64,000 nucleotides of DNA from Felis catus. Taxonomy: Eukaryota. A model generated the notes under the pieces. It made no database searches and was not told where the DNA came from. It saw nothing but the letters and a program-made list of their open reading frames with translations. Position numbers and translations under genes: made by a program. The stretch lies in NCBI RefSeq assembly GCF_018350175.1, contig NC_058368.1:41790001-41854000 (forward strand), in the 5' to 3' direction. Shown here piece after piece: positions 51,911 to 64,000 of the stretch. How positions within the stretch are numbered: position 1 is the first letter of the stretch; every line of letters starts with the position of its first letter.

Positions 51911-53464
51911 CATGTCCTAAAATACTAGCAATGAAACCAATTCAGTAAGAAAGGTAGCTAAGAATAGTCAAGGAGGATGAGGAAGGATATTTCTGCCCAA
52001 TACTGAAACATTTGGTTCAATACACCCCATCATGTTTATAATCTGGACAGTCTGATCCTAAACAAAAGTAAGCGGGTCTGTTTGAAACCCAAGATCAAGG
52101 AGAAACATTTATACAGAAAATTCTGCACAAACGTTGTGACTCAGCATAAGATTAAACACTCATTCCTTCTTAGATTTTCAGTGTGGAGTTGCCATTTTCC
52201 TTAGGAACATCCCTATTTTTCATTCCTGGCCCAACATCGTGTCTTCAAAACAGGAACTGCTTTAATTCATTTCCCATAGTTTACCTGAGTTTTATCTGAA
52301 ATAGTTATTTCTTATCTGCGCGAACTTGGGATGAAATTTAATGTGTATAGATATCACTTATCTCATTTATGAAATGTGGTTAGTAATATAATAGTATCTT
52401 TGTTTAGCTCATTAAAATATAAATACATGTAAGGTATGCTGCTTCTCATGCAGTCATCAGTCAATAAACAGTGGCTGCCACAGCTGTTATTGTTTTTGTT
52501 GTTGTTGTTTTTTAAATTGAGAGATTCTAGTTAGGGTTTATTCTTTAAAATAAGAGCTTATTGTTCCACACGATTTTATTCATAGAGGAAGGGCTCAGGG
52601 CCTATTATAAATTATACAAAATTTTGTATACACATCCCTTTCAGTTTCTCACCAAATCCTTTGAAGTCGTCCATGGCTTTCATGAGGTTCAAATTGGTTT
52701 CGTGCCACCAAATAGCTATCACAGCTCTACTATGTTAAGGGAGTTAATAAAGGGTTAGAAGAATTTATTTTTGAATCCAACTCTACAACCCATTATAGTC
52801 TATACGTAAGTTTATATTTTCTCCTTAATTTCTCAAGTATACATTTGTTGAGTGAATTAAAGTTTACCTTGAGGTAAACAAATATCACACAAGATAAAAT
52901 GCCTAGTCACATTGAGGTAAAAAAGAAAAAAAGCAGTAAGGATTCTTAAACGTATGGCATAACTGATGAATAGTTCTTTACACTGAATGAATTTCTCTCC
53001 ACATAATGTGAGCTATTCCACCAACAGTTGGTATATATGTATACCTTCATGTGCTACAAGCAGGCCAACTTCAGCCAATGCAGTAATGATTGTATCAGGA
53101 GATCTTGCATGTTTGTCATAAAAGAATGTCTCAGAATTTCCCTTGTGCATTTATGGTTTTTGACCCAAGAGGCATATATACCAATGCTGATGTCACTTGC
53201 TACTTTGATTTATAGGAGAAACTGCCCAAACCACTGCTAAAAGAAATTAGGGCATTGCTTAATTTATTATCAACTTGTGTTCGATGTCTAGAAATAATTG
53301 TTAGATTTTGGCGGAGACTTCAAGAGTTAAATCAATTTCTGTAACGAATATTACATTTATAAATACTATAGACTAATAAAGATATTTTGAAATAGGTTAA
53401 TTTAACAATGTATATAAAGCTTTTATGTTCTTTGCAGTATGATATATGTAGAACAGCACCATCA

Positions 53465-53575
53465 GCTCCAATTTATAGATGAGAAAATAAATTCAGAATG
53501 CCGTAAAGTCAAGTCTGAAGGCACATAGGTAACAAATGGATGGAGTGGGACTCAAATAGACCAGGTCTTCTACAT
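53465..53575 (-). mobile_element. MIR core fragment
   Basis: CCAATTTATAGATGAGAAAATAAATTCAGA...AAGGCACATAGGTAACAAATGG...GGGACTCAAA. Confidence 0.6.
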
Positions 53576-56500
53576 CCTTGGTAATAAGCTCTTTTGCGTT
53601 TCTTCTTTCATTAATGAAAATGTGTGACAAATGTATCTAACAGAACATTATTTTCAAACCTCTTCTTGTAAAGAACCTCTCATGTTCTTATTCTTATTTT
53701 CTGTGCCTTTAAAAAAATTTTCTTCTTTGCCAGCATGTTCCTCCATGCATCCAACATAGAGATATGATATGATTTCAAGGAAACATACAGATTTACATCA
53801 CATATATCAGCCACACAGCCACAAGATCAACTGCAAGCATAATTAACTTTAAAATGACTCAACTTTCTTCAGCCATGATCATCCTGTCTTTATTGAATTT
53901 TAATGTCTTTTATTTTAATCAAACAATATCCCTTTGCAGGATATACACTAAGAAATGAGTTTTCCTAAATGAAATTGCTTTTTTATTGCCATTCTACCAT
54001 ACACTCCATTTACATCTCTAGAACATTAAAACCACTCTTTGGATGTGACTTCACCAGCAAGTGAAGTGTGTTATTTGTACGATCTCTGGCGAATGGAGTA
54101 CTTCCTGTATGGGTACGGGCAGACAAGCTGCATTAACAAGTCTGAATATTGCCAATGTTTTCACAAGTATCCACCAGAGCTGAAGACAAATTTTGTATTC
54201 TCAAAGCAATGAAAATTTAAGAGACTAGGGTGAGTTTTTTGTCTATTTTAATATTTTTGTGTTGTAAAGAGGGGCAGTAAATTATTAGGACAACCACCTA
54301 AAAATACATTGAAGCAAAAATTGTTTAATTTTAGCATGTACTTTGCAAAGCAAGATACGTTTTAAATAAATTCTTCCACTCTAACAGAATTGGTTTCTCT
54401 TAAATAATTATTAAAAGATATTTCAAAAAATATATACAGACATAGAGTGTTTTAACTTCAGGGGTTTGTTTTGAAATTCATAAATGCAAGGACAGAGTTT
54501 CCAAAGCCAATAAACTATCTTTATAAAAATGATCTTCAGAACAAAAACCACATTAAGCCAGTTCTTTTATATTTTATTACTTTATATTTTCACTAAACTC
54601 ATTAGGGTTTTTATTTTAATGAATTAAAAGAGGAAAAGAATAATCATTAGTGAATAATGAAAAACACTAAAAGTATCTTTAAAAAAAAAACTGGGTAGAA
54701 GCAGTGTATGTTTTATGGCTTCTCAGTACTACATTTCTTTTCTACTCTACAGGTTTCTAGGTTTTTACATTATAAATCTTAAAACCATTTCTTTATATAT
54801 CCTTAGATTACACCTAGCTGCCAGGTTACGTATGCAAATAGCAAATTTGAAAACATTACTCCAGTAGAATAAACTAGTTGGGTCCTTAATCTAAACTTAA
54901 TGCTAGACAAATGTATCTGATTGTATCTATACCATAAATTTACCTGTTATGTTTTCCAACCACATAAAGGTATGGGGCAGGATTCTACTTCCTACTTCTA
55001 GAAACTTTCTTATCTAGTGACAAAGCATGACTGTATCAAAACTGGCTGTTACGGACAGCAATTGGCTTTGACTCTCCTGTGAGTACCTTGCAATGGCTGC
55101 CCGAGAAAGTATATACCTAAAATGTTAGAGATCACCACCAAGGTCCCTGGACAATACCCAAAGTATATAGATGCACTCTTAAGAAAAATGGGAGAAAAGT
55201 GGGGATAAAACAGCATACTCTAGTCTTTCAAAGAGAGGATATATGTTCCTCCTCTTACATAAAACCACAGAGGTTTCTAGACAAAGATTACTGTTAAATC
55301 AGCTCTTTAATTAATTAGTTGGAGAAATGTCCAAAAATATTTCTCCTCCTTGTTCATTAGGTCATGGACCAGCATTCTTTTCATGGAAAAAGGATGTAAT
55401 GAAATAAATCTAGGGTAACAAAGAAATGGATGATCTCTTGAAGGATGGGATAGCTTATGAAATATATAAAATACTTTAATTATTCAAATATGTAAATTCT
55501 AGATTTCAGACTAATGAGAACTACTCGAATGGAATTGCCTAAAAGAATAAATTCTTTAGATTGTTGCTCATTAATTTTATCTGATCTAAATCATTTTGTC
55601 ATGAGCTTTAAAGGTATTATTAGTATAAAATATTAGTTTAGTGATAATGATTAATTCAATTTTGAAATTGTTTGGACTCCCATAGTGGCACCTCTGCTCA
55701 CCATAACATTATTTCTTTTCAGATTTTTGAGAATTAACTGTTGACCAAAAAATCCATATTAAATAGACATAATTTACCTTCACGATTAACTTTATTAAGT
55801 TAGCAAAGGGTGTAAATGGTAGCTCCTAATTCCAGGCACATCCACATGATATTTCCTTTTTCAGTTTACACAGCTGCAGAAATTAACATGTTTAATCAGG
55901 GCACGCCAAAAATGCATGGCCCAAGTGCCAGTTCAACCCTCTGACTCCTTCTGAATGCCAACACAAGAGCAAAACAAGGGGCTAACTACACACACCAGAA
56001 AACTAAAACAGACAAGAAATATATAAAGTAACATTCAAGGTAAGAATGGCCAAGAAACAGTTCAGAAAATAATGGCTTGGTTTTATCTTATCATTCACAA
56101 ACAATGGATTTAAGACAAAACCACATACTTAATGAGCATTTCAAAACAAACTCATTCATTCCTTGGCCAACATGCTGAAACAATTTTAGTCGTCATTGAT
56201 AATGGATTTTAATTGGTCAAAGAATGTATATCTTTCTAATTCTGACATAATCGTAAAAACTATGACATTTTTTCAAGGTTACAAGTTTCAGTTGGTCTGA
56301 ATGAATTAGTTTCACATTGCTATTAATCTTGAGCTTCCATATACTCATTGTAATACGAACAAACCAGCGAGACAAAAGAGTTTTAAAATGTTCGTGATTA
56401 ATAGTGACAAAATGCTAACATAACTAATAGTCCTGGTTTTCATGTATTTTTATTTTTGGTCTTGGAATATAAACTGAAAGTTTGGGAAATACTTATGGTT

Positions 56501-56629
56501 TTGTCACAACTTTACATGACATGAGTTTGCGTGATGATTCTTTTAATTAAGAGCTTGTTTTCAGTTCTTGGCAGTATTTATTATGTCAAGTCTGATTTCA
56601 CAATTTTTACATTTTATTTTATTTTGGGT

Positions 56630-56745
56630 CTGCATTTTTAATGAGTTAAGAATGTCTAACATGAGATCTACTCTTTTAGCCATTTTTAAGTGCACAATAT
56701 AGCATGATAAATATCTTGATGTAGATACGTAAAAAAGATCCCTAT
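56630..56745 (-). mobile_element. Short old L1M 3' UTR fragment
   Basis: Reverse complement ATTGTGCACTTAAAAATGGCTAAAAGAGTAGATCTCATGTTAG...TTCTTA resembles L1MA/L1MB 3' ends. Confidence 0.65.
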
Positions 56746-56886
56746 GCAGCACTATGCCTCTCATCAGACATTAGTCATCATCCTCCACACCATCTCATGT
56801 ATTTACTTAGGCAAAGAAGGAGAAAACTGTTGAGCGTTATCATTCAATTTCTTGGGACTTACATAAATATTATTTAACAAATTTCT

Positions 56887-56925
56887 TTTTTAAAATTAAT
56901 TTATTTATTTTGAGAGGGAGGGAGG

Positions 56926-56964
<39 letters not shown>

Positions 56965-57116
56965 ATGAGAGGTAGAGAGACAGAGAGAATCCCAAGCAGG
57001 CTCCACACTGTCAGCAAAGAACCCTACATGGGGTTCAAACTCACGAACCATGAGATCAAGACCTGAGCCAAAACCAAGAGTAGAATTCTTAACCAACTGA
57101 GCCGTCCAGGCATCCT
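56887..57116 (-). mobile_element. Can-SINE
   Basis: TSD TTATTTAACAAATTTCT at 56870-56886 and 57119-57135. Confidence 0.95.
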
Positions 57117-58498
57117 TTTTATTTAACAAATTTCTAATTGTTGTTCATTCTGTCTTTCTTGTTTAAATTCCAATTTGACAAGGCAATGACTTGGTTAAGC
57201 CAGCTTTAGAAATTATTTTCCTCCTCTACAAATTCACCTGTTTATCTCTAATCCCTGGGTAGTGCAAGGCTGATCCTATAATCTGTTAATATCTGATTTA
57301 CCAAGAGCCAGTTGTGCCCCATAGAGACTAAGCCATTCTTGCTCTCCAGCACATTAAGAATTAATATTTACCCTTACTGGACCTTTCAGCCTCCACAAGA
57401 AACTTTAACAAAAGCTGTGCAAATCCCTATCCAACATATACTAGGAGGATTAATAATAATTCCTTTTGATCAGAATTACTTGGTTAGCCAGCAATGGTTT
57501 CCATGGTAATCAGGTGGTAGACAGGGCTGAAACTGATTTCATCAGTTGTAAGACATCATTAGAATTATCCTACATGTCTAATTATAACTTACTAGGAGTG
57601 ACTTCTACATAGTGTAGCTTAGAGGCAGAGGAAATGAAGTTATGAGTTTTAAGTGTTAGAAAGCTTCCACAAGGAAAGATATTATTTTGCTTTTTCCTAA
57701 TAAGACTTTTTCTTTCTCCAGCCAAGAATATTATGCATTAGAAAGAAGATACTTTGAAAAGAATTTTTATAAGAAATGGAGCTGAGAGTTGTATATATAT
57801 AATGAGAATTTCACTGAAAGTTTGTTGTGCTAATAGAAAAATAATTTGTAATACTAGAGAGCTTATATTTTAGAAGATATTAACATGCTAGAAAGAGTTT
57901 CAATACCACAAACAGATATCTAAAAATATGTTTCTTTATGCTTGTTGCAGGTTAAAATATCTGCATCCTTTTATGTTTGAAACAGGAAGTCCATCAACAG
58001 AGTTTTATTCCAGTGTCCAGCTGGTAACCCTAGAAAAAGAGTAGCAAACATTTGATAACATGCTAGTTCAATACTTAATTCTTATTAAAGACAAAATCAA
58101 GAGGACAGTTGAGGACAGCAATGTAGGAGGACTCACCTCTTTCACAGGCCCACCAAATTTACAACTACTTATAGAAAAAATCTCTCTGAAAAACACCTGA
58201 AAACTAGCTGAACAGCCCCTCCACAACAAAGGGTAAAAAGGCCACATCGAGATGGGTAGGAGAGGCAGAGATGGAGTCTAGTCAAAACCCACTCCCCCGT
58301 TGTGTCATGACCCTCAAGCAGGAGGGATGGCAGAGCTGGGGAGCATATCCCTGAGGAGCAAGGGGTTTGAGTCCACAGCAGACACCCTTAGCTCTTGGGA
58401 TTTGCACTGAAAAGATGAGTACCCAAAATATTTGGTTTTGAAAACCAAAGGGACTTGTGTGTAGGAGACCAAAAGGGCAGTAGGAAACTGAGACTCTT

Positions 58499-58522
58499 AT
58501 TTTTAAAATGTTTTTTATTTTT

Positions 58523-58576
<54 letters not shown>

Positions 58577-58727
58577 GCCAGAAAGAGAGGGAGTGAAAGA
58601 ATACCAAGAGAGAGTCTACACTCAGGGTGGAGGCCAACATGGGGCTCAATTTCACAACTGTGAAATCATGACCTGAGCTGAAATCACCATTTGGACACTT
58701 AACTGACTGAGCCACTCAGGCACCCCC
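58499..58727 (-). mobile_element. Can-SINE (older) inserted in the L1 5' UTR
   Basis: Poly-T/(AG)n plus a body ending GAGCCACTCAGGCACCCC; TGAGAC on both sides. Confidence 0.9.
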
Positions 58728-59368
58728 TGAGACATTGTTCTTAAAGGGCCCACATAAAGACTCACTTTCCTAGGGACCCAGCACAAAAGCATCAAGTTTA
58801 AGAGTGCCTAGACCCTAGGTGAAGGAGATTCATTGGCTAACCTTAGAGCCTCTTCTCAAGGGCAAGGAATTCTCTCTGGCAATAGAGGTGCTGGCAGACA
58901 CCATTTTGTGCTCTCATTCTACCTTGTGAGCTCTGTTTGTCATGACTTTGTGCTCTCCTGCAGCCTTGCCCAACTAATCCTAGCAGGTGGACTTGCCTGG
59001 ACTGGTGCTCCCCCTCAGCCTCACTATGCTCAAATCAGCAGTTCCCCATGGCCCTGCCCCACTAAACCTGGCAGGTGGGCTTGCTCCAGCTCGGTGCCCA
59101 CCCCCCCCCCCCCCCCCACAGCCCCACCAAAGCAAGTAAGTGCACACACTGCACACACTCCATACAGAAGACACTTCTTGAAGGCCTGGCTCTAGTGGTT
59201 AGGGGCAGTTATGTTTCTGGGCCCTATAGGATTGAAACAATCAAAGAGACAATTATCAGCTGACTATAACTTCCAGGGCACTTCACAGATAGTGGACTAA
59301 AACACACTCTCAGTCTTCCTGTGAAGTCTCACCTAATTCAGGGAAACAAATACAGAGAGCCAAGCAAA

Positions 59369-59925
59369 ATGAAGAAACAGAAGAATATGTACCAAATGAA
59401 ATAAGATAAAACATCAGAAAAAAAGCCATAATGAAACATACATAAATGGTTTACCTGAGGAAGGGTTCAATCTAATGGCCATAAAGCTGTTCACCAATCT
59501 CAGGAGAAGAATGGATAAACACAGAGAGAACTTCAATAGAGAGATGCTAAATATAAGCAAGTAACAAACAGAAGTCACAGAGTTGAAGAATTCAATAACT
59601 GAACTGAAAAATATACTGGAGGGGTTCAACAGCAAAGTAGATGAAGCAAAAGAAAAGATCAGTGACTTGGGAGACAGGGCAGTGGAACTCACCCAAACAG
59701 AGCAGCAAAAAGAAAAAAAATAAAGATACTTTAATGCAAAAATTTAAAAAAGTAAAGACTTATGAGAAAACATCAAGCAGAACAACATTCACAAATAGGA
59801 GTCCCAGAAGGAGAAGAGAGAGAGAAGGAAACAGAAAGCTTATTTGAAGAAACAATGGCTGAAAATTTCCCTAACCTAGAAATGGAAACAGACATCCAGA
59901 TCCAGGAAGCTCAAAAAATTCCAAA
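59369..59925 (+). pseudogene. L1 ORF1p remnant (N-terminal and coiled-coil part; stops and frameshifts)
   Basis: ATG at 59369; IGVPEGEEREKETESLFEETMAENFPNL..ETDIQIQEAQ is a hallmark L1 ORF1p motif. Confidence 0.88.
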
Positions 59926-59926
59926 A

Positions 59927-62850
59927 GACAATAGAAAAGGTCAATGAAACTAAGAGCTAGTTCTTCAAAAAAATAAACAAAAATGAAAAACTTTTAGCTA
60001 GACTCACTAAGAACAATAGTGAGAGGGCTTAAACAAATAAAATTGGAAATGAAAGAGGGGAAGTTTCAAATAATACCAAAGAAATACCAAAGATCAAGAA
60101 ATTAATTATACACCAACAAATTAGAAAACCTAGAAGAAATGGAAAAATTCCTACAAACACAGATTCTTCTAAGACCTAATCAAGAAAAAGTAGAAACTAT
60201 GAGTAGACTGATTACTAGCAAGGAGAATGAATCAGTAATCAAAAACCTTCCAACAAACAAAAGTCTAGGACCAGATGGCTTTACTGGTAAATTCTAGCAA
60301 ACATGCAAAGACAATTTAATACCTATCCTTCTCAAACTTTTCCAAAAAATTGAAGAGAAGCAAATGCTTCCAAACTCATTTTATGAGACTAGTGTTACCC
60401 TAACACAAGAACCAGACAAAAACACCTCAAAAAAGACAATTATGGGCCTATATCCCTGATGGACATAGATGCAAAAATCCTCAATAAAATATTAGCAAAC
60501 CAAATTAAACAATACATTAAAAAGATCATACACCACAATCAAGTGGGATTTATTCCAGTGATGCATGAAGTTTCAACATCTCCAATTCAATCAACATGAT
60601 AACATCACCTTAACAAAATGAAGGATAAAAGTCATAAGACCATCTCAATAGATACAGAGAAAGCATTTGACAAAATTTGACATCCATTTATAATAAAAAC
60701 ACCTAACAAAGTGGATATAGATGGAATATTCCTCAACATAATAAAGGCCATATGTGACAAGCCTACAGCTAATATCATACTCAATGGTGAAAATCTGAAA
60801 GCTTTTTCTCTAAGGTCACGTAAAAGACAAGGATGCCCACCACTATCATTTTTATTCAATGTAATATTGGAAGGTCTACCCAAAACTAGGCAGGAAAAAG
60901 AAATAAAAGACATCCAAATTGGAAAGAAAAAAGTAAAACTCATTATTTGCAAAAAAGCTCCCATAATTTTATATACAGAAAACCCTAAAGACTGCACCAA
61001 AAAAATGTTATATCTAATAAAAAAAACTCAACAAATTTGCAGGACACAAAATCAACATAAAAAATTGTGTTGTGTTTTTATACATTAACAAAAACTATCA
61101 GAAAGAAAAATTAAGAGGGGCGCCTGGGTGGCTCAGTCGGTTAAGCGTCTGACTTCGGCTCAGGTCACGATCTCACGGTCTGTGAGTTCGAGCCCCGGGT
61201 CGGGCTCTGGGCTGAGGGCTCAGAGCCTGGAGCCTGCTTCCGATTCTGTGCCTCCCTCTCTCTCTGCCCCTCCCCCGTTCGTGCTCTGTCTCTCTCTGTC
61301 TCAAAAATAAATAAACGTTAAAAATTTTTTTTGAAAAGAAAGAAAAATTAAGAAAACAACCCCACTTATATTTTTTTCAAAAAGAGTAAGATCACTAGGA
61401 ATAAATTTAATCAAGGAGGTGAAGGACCTGTACACTGAAATCTACAAAAAAGCCGATGAAAGAAATTGAAGATACAATGAAATGGAAATATATTCTGTAC
61501 TTACGGATTGGAAGAATTAATATTTTTAAAATGTTCATAGTATCCAAAGTAATTTATAGATTAAATGCAATCCTTATGGAAATCCCAAAGGCATTTTTCA
61601 CAGAAATAGTACAATCAATCCTAAAATTCTATGGAACCTCAAAAGACCTTAAGTGGTCAAAGCATTTTTGAAAAAGAAGAACAAAGCTAGAAGTATCAAG
61701 CTCCCTGATTTTGAGCTGTATTACAAATGTGTAGTAATGCAAATTGTATGGTTTGGGCATAAAAGCAAATGCAATGTAATGGAATAGAGAGCCCGGAAAT
61801 AGACTCATGCAATATATGGTCAATTTATGACAAAAGAGCCAAGCACATACAATGGGGAAAGGGCAGTCTCTTCAGTAAGTAGTTTGGGAAAACTGGGAAG
61901 CCACATGCAAAAGAATGAAACTGGACTATTATCCTATATCATAAAATTAACTCAAAATGGGTTAAAGATGAATATAAGACCAGAAACCTTAAGCCTCCAA
62001 GAAGAGGGCACAGCTGGTAAACTTGACATTGAACTTGGGGATAGCTTTTTGGATCCCACCCCAAAGGTAATGGCAATAAAAGCAAAAATAAACAAATGGG
62101 ACTATATCAACCTTCTGCACAGTGAAGGAAAACATCAACAAAATAAAAAGGCAACATACTGAATGAAAGAAGATATTTGCAAATCATGTATCCAACAAGA
62201 AGTTAATACACAAAATACATAAAGAATTGTTACAACTTTGGGAAACCAAAAGAAATCTTAGGTAGCTATACTTATATCAGATGAAATAGACCTTAAAACA
62301 AAGACTGTAATAAAAGACAAAGACAACACAACAAAAATCCAATTAAAAATAGGCAGAGGACTTGAATAGATGTTTTGCCAGATAAGACATACAGATGGCC
62401 AACAAGCACATGCATAGATGCTCAAAGTCCCTAAGCATTAGGGAAATACAAATCAAAACCACAAGGAGATATCATTTTACACCTATCAGAATGGCTATTA
62501 TCAACCTTTTTCAGATTTGGCAATGATGTGGAGAAAAGGGAACCCTCCTGAACTGTTAGTGGGAATATGAATGGGTGCAGCCACAATGGAAGACAGAGAT
62601 TCCTCAAAAACCTAAAAACAGGCATACTATATGATATAGCAATTCCACTTCTAAGTAGTATCTGAAGAAAACAACAACACTAATTTGAAAAGATATATGC
62701 AACCCTAATTCACTGCAGCATTATTAGCCTAGCCAAGGTATAGAAACAAAGTTTATGTAGACTACAACTCAGGCATAAAAAATAATGAAATGTTGCCATT
62801 TGCAGCAATGTGAATGGAAGTAGAGAGTATTATGCTAAGTGAGATAATTC
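59927..62850 (+). pseudogene. L1 ORF2p remnant (post-endonuclease, RT and C-terminal regions), inactive
   Basis: IIKAICDKPTANIILNGE.LKAF.LRS..RQGCP RT motifs; IGRINI.KM; KAKINKWDYI; the catalytic FADD codons near 60947-60965 are destroyed; many stops. Confidence 0.92.
61117..61336 (+). mobile_element. Can-SINE (young, CpG-rich) inserted in L1 ORF2
   Basis: Perfect 17-bp TSD AGAAAGAAAAATTAAGA at 61100-61116 and 61337-61353. Confidence 0.97.
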
Positions 62851-64000
62851 AGACAAAGAAAGAACCATATGATTTCACTTATATATGGAATCTAAAACAC
62901 ACAACAATACAAAATTCATAACTGCAGAGAACAAATTGGTGGTTGTCAGAGGCAAGACGGGTGGGGAGAAATGGAAGAAGGGGGTTAAGAGGCACAAACT
63001 TTCAGTTTTAAAATAAATAAGTCATGGGAATATAATGTATAGTATGGTGACTATAGTCAATATTATATTACATATTATTTAACTTTATATGGTGATGACA
63101 GAAACTAGACTTCTTGTAATTATCAATTCACAATGTATACAAATATTAAATCACTATATTGTAAACCTGAAACTGACATAATGTTATATGTCAATTACAC
63201 CTCAATAAAAAAATTGTTAAAAATATTACTGATGAGTATACTGTTACAAGGGACTGTTTCAAACTTTTCATAGTGTTAACCCATATTGTTCCTAAGAATT
63301 AATCTTACTGACATAAACTTACAGATAAAAGGTATTTATAAAAATGTCAAGAAAAGGCAAATCAGCACTTGGGAATTAAAAAAAGGAAAAGAAGACAGCT
63401 AGAGATTATGATATCAAAAAAGCACTATGGATTTGTAAGTTTATTCCAATGTTTTCCTACTCAGATAAAAATAGTGTTATTGGAATTTCTGAAGGATGGG
63501 TGGAAAAAGAGAACCCAAAATAAGGTTTACCAGAAGAAACTAGAATTATCAAAAGTTCTTATAAAGACTTATAAGGAATATTAACATATCCATGCTACAT
63601 CTGAAAAGAATGTTGCTAATTTTCTGTTCCATAGGAGAAAGCACTTTTTATACTTAAGATGAAGCAGGTGAATGCAAATTTCCTTTTGATTCCCTTAGGC
63701 AATGACTAAAAGATCAGGAAATAATATGTTTGTACTAAATGAAAGGATGTTTATGTTGACTATCATATTTAGAAATATTAAAATCATAGAATCTGCTAAA
63801 GGTAGGACCCTTTTCATCTAGTGAAAAGTGAAATTGTGGGCTCTGAAAAATGCAAATCCATATTTTTATTCTGACATTCTGGCATACAATTATTTTTTAA
63901 ATAAATAAACACATAAAAATGCATTTATAAATGAATGACATATTCTGCAAATAAATAGGTAGGGATAAACAAAAGATTCCCTAAAATGTAACTAGGGATT

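Larger units (their letters stand above)
58100..63213 (+). mobile_element. Decayed LINE-1 with 5' UTR and 3' end (L1MA9/L1_Carn-like), internally deleted, two nested SINEs
   Basis: 5' UTR-like start (CTCACCTC...CACCAAA...ACAACTAC...GCCACATCGAGATGGGTAGG); ORF1 and ORF2 peptide remnants; 3' end ACCTGAAACTGACATAATGTTATATGTCAATTACACCTCAATAAAAAAA. Confidence 0.93.

Noticed and set aside
54030..54212. Open frame of about 60 codons with retained CpGs (…CYLYDLWRMEYFLYGYGQT…)
   Set aside because: No convincing start or splice sites and no recognisable domain
3534..61310. Recurrent ORFs of the type MAQSVK..TSAQVMIS..SSSP..GSVLTAQSLEP..LSLSQK and ERERER
   Set aside because: Translations of Can-SINE bodies and their (CT)n/(AG)n tracts, not a gene family
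60632..62162. L1 ORF2 pieces as an active or domesticated reverse transcriptase
   Set aside because: Multiple stops and frameshifts, destroyed FADD motif, SINE insertion and missing endonuclease domain
1..64000. Novel prokaryote-style system (CRISPR array, defence operon, retron and similar)
   Set aside because: Mammalian repeat-rich DNA with no gene-dense operons; the recurring repeats of about 200 bp are dispersed SINEs, not a repeat-spacer array

Overview
AT-rich mammalian nuclear DNA, almost certainly from a felid: it carries 26 tRNA-derived Can-SINEs with the GGGGCGCCTGGGTGGCTCAG head, a (CT)n tract and an AAATAAATAAAC(G/A)TT tail. It looks intronic or intergenic, and I cannot recognise any known protein-coding exon, RNA gene or prokaryotic system. 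Most ORFs in the supplied track come from SINE, L1 or low-complexity sequence. The largest feature is a decayed L1 (about 58100-63213, + strand). It keeps its 5' UTR and 3' end but has lost the end of ORF1 and the ORF2 endonuclease region, carries two nested SINEs, and holds a displaced endonuclease-domain fragment near the ORF2 3' end. The rest is old MIR, L2, MaLR, Charlie and L1M debris plus microsatellites. The observations most worth checking are retrotransposition and repair scars (displaced L1 EN fragment, triplicated target site, SINE inverted into another SINE's tail, orphan tail with flanking repeats), a triple nuclear-receptor half-site, and a speculative hand-assembled chain of five frame-compatible + strand exons. 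Repeat family names are from memory of consensus sequences, not from a database search.
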